This document shows positions 12,310 to 27,300 of a DNA stretch of 64,000 nucleotides, piece by piece. Source of the DNA: Eledone cirrhosa (Eukaryota); NCBI GenBank assembly GCA_964016885.1, contig OZ024740.1:255316001-255380000 (forward strand), given 5' to 3'. Under the pieces are notes generated by a model that saw only the letters and a program-made list of their open reading frames with translations, did no database searches and had not been told where the DNA came from. Position 1 is the first letter of the stretch; each line of letters starts with the position of its first letter. Both the position numbers and the translations under genes were made by a program.

Positions 12310-15300
12310 TGTTGCTGTAGTTGCTGCTGTTGATGTTGTTGCAGTTATTGGAATTGCTGTTGTTGTTATTGTTGCTGTAGTTGCTGCTGTTGGTGTTGTT
12401 GCAGTTATTGGAATTGCTGTTGTTGTTATTGTTGCTGTAGTTGCTGCTGTTGGTGTTGTTGCAGTTATTGGAATTGCTGTTGTTGTTATTGTTGCTGTAG
12501 TTGCTGCTGTTGGTGTTGTTGCAGTTATTGGAATTGCTGTTGTTGTTATTGTTGCTGTAGTTGCTGCTGTTGGTGTTGTTGCAGTTATTGGAATTGCTGT
12601 TGTTGTTATTGTTGCTGTAGTTGCTGCTGTTGATGTTGTTGCAGTTATTGGAATTGCTGTTGTTGTTATTGTTGCTGTAGTTGCTGCTGTTGGTGTTGTT
12701 GCAGTTATTGGAGTTGCTGTTGTTGTTATTGTTGCTGTAGTTGTTGCTTTTGGACTTGTTGCAGTTATTGGAATTGCTGTTGTTGTTATTGTTGCTGTAG
12801 TTGCTGCTGTTGGTGTTGTTGCAGTTATTGGAATTGCTGTTGTTGTTATTGTTGCTGTAGTTGCTGCTGTTGGTGTTGTTGCAGTTATTGGAATTGCTGT
12901 TGTTGTTATTGTTGCTGTAGTTGCTGCTGTTGCTGTTGTTGCAGTTATTGGAATTGCTGTTGTTGTTATTGTTGCTGTAGTTGCGGCTGTTGGTGTTGTT
13001 GCAGTTATTGGAATTGCTGTTGTTGTTATTGTTGCTGTAGTTGCGGCTGTTGGTGTTGTTGCAGTTATTGGAATTGCTGTTGTTGTTATTGTTGCTGTAG
13101 TTGCTGCTGTTGCTGTTGTTGCAGTTATTGGAATTGCTGTTGGTGTTGTTGCAATTATTGGAATTGCTGTTGTTGTTATTGTTGCTGTAGTTGCTGCTGT
13201 TGGTGTTGTTGCAGTTATTGGAATTGCTGTTGTTGTCAATGTTGCTGTAGTTGCTGCTGTTGGTGTTGTTGCAGTTATTGGAATTGCTGTTGTTGTTATT
13301 GTTGCTGTAGTTGCTGCTTTTGGTGTTGTTGCAGTTATTGGAATTGCTGTTGTTGTTATTGTTGATGTAGTTGCTGCTGTTGGTGTTGTTGCAGTTATTG
13401 GAATTGCTGTTGTTGTTATTGTTGCTGTAGTTGCTGCTGTTGGTGTTGTTGCAGTTATTGGAATTGCTGTTGTTGTTATTGTTGATGTAGTTGTTGCTTT
13501 TGGTGTTGTTGCAGTTATTGGAATTGCTGTTGGTGTTGTTGCAGTTATTGGAATTGCTGTTGTTGTTATTGTTGATGTAGTTGTTGCTTTTGGTGTTGTT
13601 GCAGTTATTGGAATTGCTGTTGGTGTTGTTGCAGTTATTGGAATTGCTGTTGTTGTTATTGTTGATGTAGTTGTTGCTTTTGGTGTTGTTGCAGTTATTG
13701 GAATTGCTGTTGTTGTTATTGTTGCTGTAGTTGCTGCTGTTGGTGTTGTTGCAGTTATTGGAATTGCTGTTGTTGTTATTGTTGCTGTAGTTGCTGCTGT
13801 TGGTGTTGTTGCAGTTATTGGAATTGCTGTTGTTGTTATTGTTGCTGTAGTTGCTGCTGTTGGTGTTGTTGCAGTTATTGGAATTGCTGTTGTTGTTATT
13901 GTTGCTGTAGTTGCTGCTGTTGGTGTTGTTGCAGTTATTGGAATTGCTGTTGTTGTTATTGTTGCTGTGGTTGCTGCTGTTGGTGTTGTTGCAGTTATTG
14001 GAATTGCTGTTGTTGTTATTGTTGCTGTAGTTGCTGCTGTTGGTGTTGTTGCAGTTATTGGAATTGCTGTTGTTGTTATTGTTGCTGTAGTTGCTGCTGT
14101 TGGTGTTGTTGCAGTTATTGGAATTGCTGTTGTTGTTATTGTTGCTGTAGTTGCTGCTGTTGGTGTTGTTGCAGTTATTGGAATTGCTGTTGTTGTTATT
14201 GTTGCTGTAGTTGCTGCTGTTGGTGTTGTTGCAGTTATTGGAATTGCTGTTGTTGTTATTGTTGCTGTAGTTGCTGCTGTTGGTGTTGTTGCAGTTATTG
14301 GAATTGCTGTTGTTGTTATTGTTGCTGTAGTTGCTGCTGTTGGTGTTGTTGCAGTTATTGGAATTGCTGTTGTTGTTATTGTTGCTGTAGTTGCTGCTGT
14401 TGGTGTTGTTGCAGTTATTGGAATTGCTGTTGTTGTTATTGTTGCTGTAGTTGCTGCTGTTGGTGTTGTTGCAGTTATTGGAATTGCTGTTGTTGTTATT
14501 GTTGCTGTAGTTGCTGCTGTTGGTGTTGTTGCAGTTAATGGAATTGCTGTTGTTGTTATTGTTGCTGTAGTTGCTGCTGTTGGTGTTGTTGCAGTTATTG
14601 GAATTGCTGTTGTTGTTATTGTTGCTGTAGTTGCTGCTGTTGGTGTTGTTGCAGTTATTGGAATTGCTGTTGTTGTTATTGTTGCTGTAGTTGCTGCTGT
14701 TGGTGTTGTTGCAGTTATTGGAATTGCTGTTGTTGTTATTGTTGCTGTAGTTGCTGCTGTTGGTGTTGTTGCAGTTATTGGAGTTGCTGTTGTTGTTATT
14801 GTTGCTGTAGTTGTTGCTTTTGGATTTGTTGCAGTTATTGGAATTGCTGTTGTTGTTATTGTTGCTGTAGTTGCTGCTGTTGGTGTTGTTGCAGTTATTG
14901 GAATTGCTGTTGTTGTTAATGTTGCTGTAGTTGCTGCTGTTGGTGTTGTTGCAGTTATTGGAATTGCTGTTGTTGTTATTGTTGATTTAGTTGCTGCTGT
15001 TGGTGTTGTTGCAGTTATTGGAATTGCTGTTGTTGTTATTCTTGTTGTAGTTGCGGCTGTTGGTGTTGTTGCAGTTATTGGAATTGCTGTTGTTGTTATT
15101 GTTGCTGTAGTTGCTGCTGTTGCTGTTGTTGCAGTTATTGGAATTGCTGTTGTTGTTATTGTTGCTGTAGTTGCTGCTGTTGGTGTTGTTGCAGTTATTG
15201 GAGTTGCTGTTGTTGTTATTGTTGCTGTAGTTGCTGCTGTTGGTGTTGTTGCAGTTATTGGAATTGCTGTTGTTGTTATTGTTGCTGTAGTTGCTGCTGT

Positions 15301-18300
15301 TGGTGTTGTTGCAGTTATTGGAGTTGCTGTTGTTGTTAATGTTGCTGTAGTTGCTGCTGTTGGTGTTGTTGCAGTTATTGGAATTGCTGTTGTTGTTAAT
15401 GTTGCTGTAGTTGCTGCTGTTGGTGTTGTTGCAGTTATTGGAATTGCTGTTGTTGTTATTGTTGCTGTAGTTGCTGCTGTTGGTGTTGTTGCAGTTATTG
15501 GAGTTGCTGTTGTTGTTATTGTTGCTGTAGTTGCTGCTGTTGGTGTTGTTGCAGTTATTGGAATTGCTGTTGTTGTTATTGTTGCTGTAGTTGCTGCTGT
15601 TGGTGTTGTTGCAGTTATTGGAGTTGCTGTTGTTGTTAATGTTGCTGTAGTTGCTGCTGTTGGTGTTGTTGCAGTTATTGGAATTGCTGTTGTTGTTATT
15701 GTTGCTGTAGTTGCTGCTGTTGGTGTTGTTGCAGTTATTGGAATTGCTGTTCTTGTTATTGTTGCTGTAGTTGCTGCTGTTGGTGTTGTTGCAGTTATTG
15801 GAATTGCTGTTGTTGTTATTGTTGCTGTAGTTGCTGCTGTTGGTGTTGTTGCAGTTATTGGAATTGCTGTTGTTGTTATTGTTGCTGTAGTTGCTGCTGT
15901 TGGTGTTGTTGCAGTTATTGGAATTGCTGTTGTTGTTATTGTTGCTGTAGTTGCTGCTGTAGTTGTTGTTGCAGTTATTGGAATTGCTGTTGTTGTTATT
16001 GTTGCTGTAGTTGCTGCTGTTGGTGTTGTTGCAGTTATTGGAATTGCTGTTGTTGTTATTGTTGCTGTAGTTGCTGCTGTTGGTGTTGTTGCAGTTATTG
16101 GAATTGCTGTTGTTGTTATTGTTGCTGTAGTTGCTGCTGTTGGTGTTGTTGCAGTTATTGGAATTGCTGTTGTTGTTATTGTTGCTGTAGTTGCTGCTGT
16201 TGGTGTTGTTGCAGTTATTGGAATTGCTGTTGTTGTTATTGTTGCTGTAGTTGCTGCTGTTGGTGTTGTTGCAGTTATTGGAATTGCTGTTGTTGTTATT
16301 GTTGTTGTAGTTGCTGCTGTTGGTGTTGTTGCAGTTATTGGAATTGCTGTTCTTGTTATTGTTGCTGTAGTTGCTGCTGTTGGTGTTGTTGGAGTTATTG
16401 GAATTGCTGTTGTTGTTATTGTTGCTGTAGTTGTTGCTGTTGGTGTTGTTGCAGTTATTGGAATTGCTGTTGTTGTTATTGTTGCTGTAGTTGCTGCTGT
16501 TGGTGTTGTTGCAGTTATTGGAGTTGCTGTTGTTGTTAATGTTGCTGTAGTTGCTGCTGTTGGTGTTGTTGCAGTTATTGGAATTGCTGTTGTTGTTATT
16601 GTTGCTGTAGTTGCTGCTGTTGGTGTTGTTGCAGTTATTGGAGTTGCTGTTGTTGTTATTGTTGCTGTAGTTGCTGCTGTTGGTGTTGTTGCAGTTATTG
16701 GAATTGCTGTTGTTGTTATTGTTGCTGTAGTTGCTGCTGTTGGTGTTGTTGCAGTTATTGGAATTGCTGTTGTTGTTATTGTTGCTGTAGTTGCTGCTGT
16801 TGGTGTTGTTGCAGTTATTGGAATTGCTGTTGTTGTTATTGTTGCTGTAGTTGTTGCTGTTGGTGTTGTTGCAGTTATTGGAATTGCTGTTGTTGTTATT
16901 GTTGCTGTAGTTGCTGCTGTTGGTGTTGTTGCAGTTATTGGAGTTGCTGTTGTTGTTATTGTTGCTGTAGTTGCTGCTGTTGGTGTTGTTGCAGTTATTG
17001 GAATTGCTGTTGTTGTTATTGTTGCTGTAGTTGCTGCTGTTGCTGTTGTTGCAGTTATTGGAATTGCTGTTGTTGTTATTGTTGCTGTAGTTGCTGCTGT
17101 TGGTGTTGTTGCAGTTATTGGAGTTGCTGTTGTTGTTATTGTTGCTGTAGTTGCTGCTGTTGGTGTTGTTGCAGTTATTGGAATTGCTGTTGTTGTTATT
17201 GTTGCTGTAGTTGCTGCTGTTGCTGTTGTTGCAGTTATTGGAATTGCTGTTGTTGTTATTGTTGCTGTAGTTGCTGCTGTTGGTGTTGTTGCAGTTATTG
17301 GAGTTGCTGTTGTTGTTATTGTTGCTGTAGTTGCTGCTGTTGGTGTTGTTGCAGTTATTGGAATTGCTGTTGTTGTTATTGTTGCTGTAGTTGCTGCTGT
17401 TGGTGTTGTTGCAGTTATTGGAGTTGCTGTTGTTGTTAATGTTGCTGTAGTTGCTGCTGTTGGTGTTGTTGCAGTTATTGGAATTGCTGTTGTTGTTAAT
17501 GTTGCTGTAGTTGCTGCTGTTGGTGTTGTTGCAGTTATTGGAATTGCTGTTGTTGTTATTGTTGCTGTAGTTGCTGCTGTTGGTGTTGTTGCAGTTATTG
17601 GAGTTGCTGTTGTTGTTATTGTTGCTGTAGTTGCTGCTGTTGGTGTTGTTGCAGTTATTGGAATTGCTGTTGTTGTTATTGTTGCTGTAGTTGCTGCTGT
17701 TGGTGTTGTTGCAGTTATTGGAGTTGCTGTTGTTGTTAATGTTGCTGTAGTTGCTGCTGTTGGTGTTGTTGCAGTTATTGGAATTGCTGTTGTTGTTATT
17801 GTTGCTGTAGTTGCTGCTGTTGGTGTTGTTGCAGTTATTGGAATTGCTGTTCTTGTTATTGTTGCTGTAGTTGCTGCTGTTGGTGTTGTTGCAGTTATTG
17901 GAATTGCTGTTGTTGTTATTGTTGCTGTAGTTGCTGCTGTTGGTGTTGTTGCAGTTATTGGAATTGCTGTTGTTGTTATTGTTGCTGTAGTTGCTGCTGT
18001 TGGTGTTGTTGCAGTTATTGGAATTGCTGTTGTTGTTATTGTTGCTGTAGTTGCTGCTGTAGTTGTTGTTGCAGTTATTGGAATTGCTGTTGTTGTTATT
18101 GTTGCTGTAGTTGCTGCTGTTGGTGTTGTTGCAGTTATTGGAATTGCTGTTGTTGTTATTGTTGCTGTAGTTGCTGCAGTTGGTGTTGTTGCAGTTATTG
18201 GAATTGCTGTTGTTGTTATTGTTGCTGTAGTTGCTGCTGTTGGTGTTGTTGCAGTTATTGGAATTGCTGTTGTTGTTATTGTTGCTGTAGTTGCTGCTGT

Positions 18301-21300
18301 TGGTGTTGTTGCAGTTATTGGAATTGCTGTTGTTGTTATTGTTGCTGTAGTTGCTGCTGTTGGTGTTGTTGCAGTTATTGGAATTGCTGTTGTTGTTATT
18401 GTTGCTGTAGTTGCTGCTGTTGGTGTTGTTGCAGTTATTGGAATTGCTGTTGTTGTTATTGTTGCTGTAGTTGCTGCTGTTGGTGTTGTTGCAGTTATTG
18501 GAATTGCTGTTGTTGTTATTGTTGCTGTAGTTGCTGCTGTTGGTGTTGTTGCAGTTATTGGACTTGCTGTTGTTGTTATTGTTGCTGTAGTTGTTGCTGT
18601 TGATGTTGTTGCAGTTATTGGAATTGCTGTTGTTGTTATTGTTGCTGTAGTTGCTGCTGTTGGTGTTGTTGCAGTTATTGGAATTGCTGTTGTTGTTATT
18701 GTTGCTGTAGTTGCTGCTGTTGGTGTTGTTGCAGTTATTGGAATTGCTGTTGTTGTTATTGTTGCTGTAGTTGCTGCTGTTGGTGTTGTTGCAGTTATTG
18801 GAATTGCTGTTGTTGTTATTGTTGCTGTAGTTGCTGCTGTTGGTGTTGTTGCAGTTATTGGAATTGCTGTTGTTGTTATTGTTGCTGTAGTTGCTGCTGT
18901 TGATGTTGTTGCAGTTATTGGAATTGCTGTTGTTGTTATTGTTGCTGTAGTTGCTGCTGTTGGTGTTGTTGCAGTTATTGGAGTTGCTGTTGTTGTTATT
19001 GTTGCTGTAGTTGTTGCTTTTGGACTTGTTGCAGTTATTGGAATTGCTGTTGTTGTTATTGTTGCTGTAGTTGCTGCTGTTGGTGTTGTTGCAGTTATTG
19101 GAATTGCTGTTGTTGTTATTGTTGCTGTAGTTGCTGCTGTTGGTGTTGTTGCAGTTATTGGAATTGCTGTTGTTGTTATTGTTGCTGTAGTTGCTGCTGT
19201 TGCTGTTGTTGCAGTTATTGGAATTGCTGTTGTTGTTATTGTTGCTGTAGTTGCGGCTGTTGGTGTTGTTGCAGTTATTGGAATTGCTGTTGTTGTTATT
19301 GTTGCTGTAGTTGCGGCTGTTGGTGTTGTTGCAGTTATTGGAATTGCTGTTGTTGTTATTGTTGCTGTAGTTGCTGCTGTTGCTGTTGTTGCAGTTATTG
19401 GAATTGCTGTTGGTGTTGTTGCAATTATTGGAATTGCTGTTGTTGTTATTGTTGCTGTAGTTGCTGCTGTTGGTGTTGTTGCAGTTATTGGAATTGCTGT
19501 TGTTGTCAATGTTGCTGTAGTTGCTGCTGTTGGTGTTGTTGCAGTTATTGGAATTGCTGTTGTTGTTATTGTTGCTGTAGTTGCTGCTTTTGGTGTTGTT
19601 GCAGTTATTGGAATTGCTGTTGTTGTTATTGTTGATGTAGTTGCTGCTGTTGGTGTTGTTGCAGTTATTGGAATTGCTGTTGTTGTTATTGTTGCTGTAG
19701 TTGCTGCTGTTGGTGTTGTTGCAGTTATTGGAATTGCTGTTGTTGTTATTGTTGATGTAGTTGTTGCTTTTGGTGTTGTTGCAGTTATTGGAATTGCTGT
19801 TGGTGTTGTTGCAGTTATTGGAATTGCTGTTGTTGTTATTGTTGATGTAGTTGTTGCTTTTGGTGTTGTTGCAGTTATTGGAATTGCTGTTGGTGTTGTT
19901 GCAGTTATTGGAATTGCTGTTGTTGTTATTGTTGATGTAGTTGTTGCTTTTGGTGTTGTTGCAGTTATTGGAATTGCTGTTGTTGTTATTGTTGCTGTAG
20001 TTGCTGCTGTTGGTGTTGTTGCAGTTATTGGAATTGCTGTTGTTGTTATTGTTGCTGTAGTTGCTGCTGTTGGTGTTGTTGCAGTTATTGGAATTGCTGT
20101 TGTTGTTATTGTTGCTGTAGTTGCTGCTGTTGGTGTTGTTGCAGTTATTGGAATTGCTGTTGTTGTTATTGTTGCTGTAGTTGCTGCTGTTGGTGTTGTT
20201 GCAGTTATTGGAATTGCTGTTGTTGTTATTGTTGCTGTGGTTGCTGCTGTTGGTGTTGTTGCAGTTATTGGAATTGCTGTTGTTGTTATTGTTGCTGTAG
20301 TTGCTGCTGTTGGTGTTGTTGCAGTTATTGGAATTGCTGTTGTTGTTATTGTTGCTGTAGTTGCTGCTGTTGGTGTTGTTGCAGTTATTGGAATTGCTGT
20401 TGTTGTTATTGTTGCTGTAGTTGCTGCTGTTGGTGTTGTTGCAGTTATTGGAATTGCTGTTGTTGTTATTGTTGCTGTAGTTGCTGCTGTTGGTGTTGTT
20501 GCAGTTATTGGAATTGCTGTTGTTGTTATTGTTGCTGTAGTTGCTGCTGTTGGTGTTGTTGCAGTTATTGGAATTGCTGTTGTTGTTATTGTTGCTGTAG
20601 TTGCTGCTGTTGGTGTTGTTGCAGTTATTGGAATTGCTGTTGTTGTTATTGTTGCTGTAGTTGCTGCTGTTGGTGTTGTTGCAGTTATTGGAATTGCTGT
20701 TGTTGTTATTGTTGCTGTAGTTGCTGCTGTTGGTGTTGTTGCAGTTATTGGAATTGCTGTTGTTGTTATTGTTGCTGTAGTTGCTGCTGTTGGTGTTGTT
20801 GCAGTTAATGGAATTGCTGTTGTTGTTATTGTTGCTGTAGTTGCTGCTGTTGGTGTTGTTGCAGTTATTGGAATTGCTGTTGTTGTTATTGTTGCTGTAG
20901 TTGCTGCTGTTGGTGTTGTTGCAGTTATTGGAATTGCTGTTGTTGTTATTGTTGCTGTAGTTGCTGCTGTTGGTGTTGTTGCAGTTATTGGAATTGCTGT
21001 TGTTGTTATTGTTGCTGTAGTTGCTGCTGTTGGTGTTGTTGCAGTTATTGGAGTTGCTGTTGTTGTTATTGTTGCTGTAGTTGTTGCTTTTGGATTTGTT
21101 GCAGTTATTGGAATTGCTGTTGTTGTTATTGTTGCTGTAGTTGCTGCTGTTGGTGTTGTTGCAGTTATTGGAATTGCTGTTGTTGTTAATGTTGCTGTAG
21201 TTGCTGCTGTTGGTGTTGTTGCAGTTATTGGAATTGCTGTTGTTGTTATTGTTGATTTAGTTGCTGCTGTTGGTGTTGTTGCAGTTATTGGAATTGCTGT

Positions 21301-24300
21301 TGTTGTTATTCTTGTTGTAGTTGCGGCTGTTGGTGTTGTTGCAGTTATTGGAATTGCTGTTGTTGTTATTGTTGCTGTAGTTGCTGCTGTTGCTGTTGTT
21401 GCAGTTATTGGAATTGCTGTTGTTGTTATTGTTGCTGTAGTTGCTGCTGTTGGTGTTGTTGCAGTTATTGGAGTTGCTGTTGTTGTTATTGTTGCTGTAG
21501 TTGCTGCTGTTGGTGTTGTTGCAGTTATTGGAATTGCTGTTGTTGTTATTGTTGCTGTAGTTGCTGCTGTTGGTGTTGTTGCAGTTATTGGAGTTGCTGT
21601 TGTTGTTAATGTTGCTGTAGTTGCTGCTGTTGGTGTTGTTGCAGTTATTGGAATTGCTGTTGTTGTTAATGTTGCTGTAGTTGCTGCTGTTGGTGTTGTT
21701 GCAGTTATTGGAATTGCTGTTGTTGTTATTGTTGCTGTAGTTGCTGCTGTTGGTGTTGTTGCAGTTATTGGAGTTGCTGTTGTTGTTATTGTTGCTGTAG
21801 TTGCTGCTGTTGGTGTTGTTGCAGTTATTGGAATTGCTGTTGTTGTTATTGTTGCTGTAGTTGCTGCTGTTGGTGTTGTTGCAGTTATTGGAGTTGCTGT
21901 TGTTGTTAATGTTGCTGTAGTTGCTGCTGTTGGTGTTGTTGCAGTTATTGGAATTGCTGTTGTTGTTATTGTTGCTGTAGTTGCTGCTGTTGGTGTTGTT
22001 GCAGTTATTGGAATTGCTGTTCTTGTTATTGTTGCTGTAGTTGCTGCTGTTGGTGTTGTTGCAGTTATTGGAATTGCTGTTGTTGTTATTGTTGCTGTAG
22101 TTGCTGCTGTTGGTGTTGTTGCAGTTATTGGAATTGCTGTTGTTGTTATTGTTGCTGTAGTTGCTGCTGTTGGTGTTGTTGCAGTTATTGGAATTGCTGT
22201 TGTTGTTATTGTTGCTGTAGTTGCTGCTGTAGTTGTTGTTGCAGTTATTGGAATTGCTGTTGTTGTTATTGTTGCTGTAGTTGCTGCTGTTGGTGTTGTT
22301 GCAGTTATTGGAATTGCTGTTGTTGTTATTGTTGCTGTAGTTGCTGCTGTTGGTGTTGTTGCAGTTATTGGAATTGCTGTTGTTGTTATTGTTGCTGTAG
22401 TTGCTGCTGTTGGTGTTGTTGCAGTTATTGGAATTGCTGTTGTTGTTATTGTTGCTGTAGTTGCTGCTGTTGGTGTTGTTGCAGTTATTGGAATTGCTGT
22501 TGTTGTTATTGTTGCTGTAGTTGCTGCTGTTGATGTTGTTGCAGTTATTGGAATTGCTGTTGTTGTTATTGTTGCTGTAGTTGCTGCTGTTGGTGTTGTT
22601 GCAGTTATTGGAGTTGCTGTTGTTGTTATTGTTGCTGTAGTTGTTGCTTTTGGACTTGTTGCAGTTATTGGAATTGCTGTTGTTGTTATTGTTGCTGTAG
22701 TTGCTGCTGTTGGTGTTGTTGCAGTTATTGGAATTGCTGTTGTTGTTATTGTTGCTGTAGTTGCTGCTGTTGGTGTTGTTGCAGTTATTGGAATTGCTGT
22801 TGTTGTTATTGTTGCTGTAGTTGCTGCTGTTGCTGTTGTTGCAGTTATTGGAATTGCTGTTGTTGTTATTGTTGCTGTAGTTGCGGCTGTTGGTGTTGTT
22901 GCAGTTATTGGAATTGCTGTTGTTGTTATTGTTGCTGTAGTTGCGGCTGTTGGTGTTGTTGCAGTTATTGGAATTGCTGTTGTTGTTATTGTTGCTGTAG
23001 TTGCTGCTGTTGCTGTTGTTGCAGTTATTGGAATTGCTGTTGTTGTTATTGTTGCTGTAGTTGCTGCTGTTGGTGTTGTTGCAGTTATTGGAATTGCTGT
23101 TGTTGTCAATGTTGCTGTAGTTGCTGCTGTTGGTGTTGTTGCAGTTATTGGAATTGCTGTTGTTGTTATTGTTGCTGTAGTTGCTGCTTTTGGTGTTGTT
23201 GCAGTTATTGGAATTGCTGTTGGTGTTATTGTTGCTGTAGTTGCTGCTGTTGGTGTTGTTTCAGTTATTGGAATTGCTGTTGTTGTTATTGTTGCTGTAG
23301 TTGCTGCTGTTGGTGTTGTTGCAGTTATTGGAATTGCTGTTGTTGTTATTGTTGCTGTAGTTGCTGCTGTTGGTGTTGTTGCAGTTATTGGAATTGCTGT
23401 TGTTGTTATTGTTGCTGTGGTTGCTGCTGTTGGTGTTGTTGCAGTTATTGGAATTGCTGTTGTTGTTATTGTTGCTGTAGTTGCTGCTGTTGGTGTTGTT
23501 GCAGTTATTGGAATTGTTGTTGTTGTTATTGTTGCTGTAGTTGCTGCTGTTGGTGTTGTTGCAGTTATTGGAATTGCTGTTGTTGTTATTGTTGCTGTAG
23601 TTGCTGCTGTTGGTGTTGTTGCAGTTATTGGAATTGCTGTTGTTGTTATTGTTGCTGCAGTTGCTGCTGTTGGTGTTGTTGCAGTTATTGGACTTGCTGT
23701 TGTTGTTATTGTTGCTGTAGTTGTTGCTGTTGGTGTTGTTGCAGTTATTGGAATTGCTGTTGTTGTTATTGTTGCTGTAGTTGCTGGTGTTGGTGTTGTT
23801 GCAGTTATTGGAATTGCTGTTGTTGTTATTGTTGCTGTAGTTGCTGCTGTTGGTGTTGTTGCAGTTATTGGAATTGCTGTTGTTGTTATTGTTGCTGTAG
23901 TTGCTGCTGTTGGTGTTGTTGCAGTTATTGGAATTGCTGTTGTTGTTATTGTTGCTGTAGTTGCTGCTGTTGGTGTTGTTGCAGTTATTGGAATTGCTGT
24001 TGTTGTTATTGTTGCTGTAGTTGCTGCTGTTGGTGTTGTTGCAGTTATTGGAATTGCTGTTGTTGTTATTGTTGCTGTAGTTGCTGCTGTTGGTGTTGTT
24101 GCAGTTATTGGAATTGCTGTTGTTGTTATTGTTGCTGTAGTTGCTGCTGTTGGTGTTGTTGCAGTTAATGGAATTGCTGTTGTTGTTATTGTTGCTGTAG
24201 TTGCTGCTGTTGGTGTTGTTGCAGTTATTGGAATTGCTGTTGTTGTTATTGTTGCTGTAGTTGCTGCTGTTGGTGTTGTTGCAGTTATTGGAATTGCTGT

Positions 24301-27300
24301 TGTTGTTATTGTTGCTGTAGTTGCTGCTGTTGGTGTTGTTGCAGTTATTGGAATTGCTGTTGTTGTTATTGTTGCTGTAGTTGCTGCTGTTGGTGTTGTT
24401 GCAGTTATTGGAATTGCTGTTGTTGTTATTGTTGCTGTAGTTGCTGCTGTTGGTGTTGTTGCAGTTATTGGAGTTGCTGTTGTTGTTATTGTTGCTGTAG
24501 TTGTTGCTTTTGGATTTGTTGCAGTTATTGGAATTGCTGTTGTTGTTATTGTTGCTGTAGTTGCTGCTGTTGGTGTTGTTGCAGTTATTGGAATTGCTGT
24601 TGTTGTTAATGTTGCTGTAGTTGCTGCTGTTGGTGTTGTTGCAGTTATTGGAATTGCTGTTGTTGTTATTGTTGATTTAGTTGCTGCTGTTGGTGTTGTT
24701 GCAGTTATTGGAATTGCTGTTGGTGTTGTTGCAATTATTGGAATTGCTGTTGTTGTTATTGTTGCTGTAGTTGCTGCTGTTGGTGTTGTTGCAGTTATTG
24801 GAATTGCTGTTGTTGTTATTCTTGTTGTAGTTGCGGCTGTTGGTGTTGTTGCAGTTATTGGAATTGCTGTTGTTGTTATTGTTGCTGTAGTTGCTGCTGT
24901 TGCTGTTGTTGCAGTTATTGGAATTGCTGTTGGTGTTGTTGCAATTATTGGAATTGCTGTTGTTGTTATTGTTGCTGTAGTTGCTGCTGTTGGTGTTGTT
25001 GCAGTTATTGGAATTGCTGTTGTTGTTATTGTTGCTGTAGTTGCTGCTGTTGCTGTTGTTGCAGTTATTGGAATTGCTGTTGGTGTTGTTGATATTATTG
25101 GAATTGCTGTTGTTGTTATTGTTGCTGTAGTTGCTGCTGTTGGTGTTGTTGCAGTTATTGGAATTGCTGTTGTTGTCAATGTTGCTGTAGTTGCTGCTGT
25201 TGGTGTTGTTGCAGTTATTGGAATTGCTGTTGTTGTTATTGTTGCTGTAGTTGCAGTTATTGGAGTTGCTGTTGTTGTTATTGTTGCTGTAGTTGTTGCT
25301 TTTGGTCTTGTTGCAGTTATTGTAATTGCTGTTGTTGTTATTTTTGCTGTAGTTGCTGCTGTTGGTGTTGTTGCAGTTATTGGAATTGCTGTTGTTGTTA
25401 ATGTTGCTGTAGTTGCTGCTGTTGGTGTTGTTGCAGTTATTGGAATTGCTGTTGTTGTTATTGTTGCTGTAGTTGCTGCTGTTGGTGTTGTTGCAGTTAG
25501 TGGAATTGCTGTTGTTGTTATTCTTGTTGTAGTTGCGGCTGTTGGTGTTGTTGCAGTTATTGGAATTGCTGTTGTTGTTATTGTTGCTGTAGTTGCGGCT
25601 GTTGGTGTTGTTGCAGTTATTCTAATTGCTGTTGTTGTTATTGTTGCTGTAGTTGCTGCTGTTGCTGTTGTTGCAGTTATTGGAATTGCTGTTGGTGTTG
25701 TTGCAATTATTGGAATTGCTGTTGTTGTTATTGTTGCTGTAGTTGCTGCTGTTGGTGTTGTTGCAGTTATTGGAATTGCTGTTGTTGTTATTGTTGCTGT
25801 AGTTGTTGCTTTTGGTGTTGTTGCAGTTATTGGAATTGCTGTTGTTGTTATTGTTGCTGTAGTTGCTGCTGTCGGTGTTGTTGCAGTTATTGGAATTGCT
25901 GTTGTTGTTATTGTTGCTGTAGTTGTTGCTTTTGGTGTTGTTGCAGTTATTGGAATTGCTGTTGTTGTTATTGTTGCTGTAGTTGCTGCTGTTGGTGTTG
26001 TTGCAGTTATTGGAATTGCTGTTGTTGTTATTGATGCTGTAGTTGCTGCTGTTGGTGTTGTTGCAGTTATTGGAATTGCTGTTGTTGTTATTGTTGCTGT
26101 AGTTGTTGCTTTTGGTGTTGTTGCAGTTATTGGAATTGCTGTTGTTGTTATTGTTGCTGTAGTTGCTGCTGTTGGTGTTGTTGCAGTTATTGGAATTGCT
26201 GTTGTTGTTATTGATGCTGTAGTTGCTGCTGTTGGTGTTGTTGCAGTTATTGGAATTGCTGTTGTTGTTATTGTTGCTGTAGTTGCTGCTGTTGGTGTTG
26301 TTGCTGTTATTGGAATTGCTGTTGTTGTTATTGTTGCTGTAGTTGTTGCTTTTGGTCTTGTTGCAGTTATTGGAATTGCTGTTGTTGTTATTGTTGCTGT
26401 AGTTGCTGCTGTTGGTGTTGTTGCAGTTATTGGAATTGCTGTTGTTGTCAATTTTGCTGTAGTTGCTGCTGTTGGTGTTGTTGCAGTTATTGGAATTGCT
26501 GTTGTTGTTATTGTTGCTGTAGTTGCTGCTGTTGGTGTTGTTGCAGTTATTGGAATTGCTGTTGTTGTTATTGTTGCTGTAGTTGCTGCTGTTGGTGTTG
26601 TTGCAGTTATTGGAATTGCTGTTGTTGTTATTGTTGCTGTAGTTGCTGCTGTTGGTGTTGTTGCGGTTATTGGAATTGCTGTTGTTGTTATTGTTGCTGT
26701 AGTTGTTGCTGTTGGTGTTGTTGCAGTTATTGGAATTGCTGTTGTTGTTATTGTTGCTGTAGTTGCTGCTGTTGGTGTTGTTGCAGTTATTGGAATTGCT
26801 GTTGTTGTTATTGTTGCTGTAGTTGCTGCTGTTGGTGTTGTTGCAGTTATTGGAATTGCTGTTGTTGTTATTGTTGCTGTAGTTGCTGCTGTTGGTGTTG
26901 TTGCAGTTATTGGAGTTGCTGTTGTTGTTATTGTTGCTGTAGTTGCTGCTGTTGGTGTTGTTGCAGTTATTGGAATTGCTGTTGTTGTTATTGTTGCTGT
27001 AGATGCTGCTGTTGGTGTTGTTGCAGTTATTGGAATTGCTGTTGTTGTTATTGTTGCTGTAGTTGCTGCTGTTGGTATTGTTGCAGTTATTGGAGTTGCT
27101 GTTGTTGTTATTGTTGCTGTAGTTGTTGCTTTTGGTCTTGTTGCAGTGATTGGAATTGCTGTTGTTGTTTTTGTTGCTGTAGTTGCTGCTGTTGGTGTTG
27201 TTGCAGTTATTGGAATTGCTGTTGTTGTTATTGTTGCTGTAGTTGCTGCTGTTGGTGTTGTTGCAGTTATTGGAATTGCTGTTGTTGTTATTGTTGCTGT

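Noticed and set aside
9563-12310. Apparently hyper-diverged sub-array
   Set aside because: Random non-recurring 1-bp indels next to the gap are best explained as low-coverage sequencing error.
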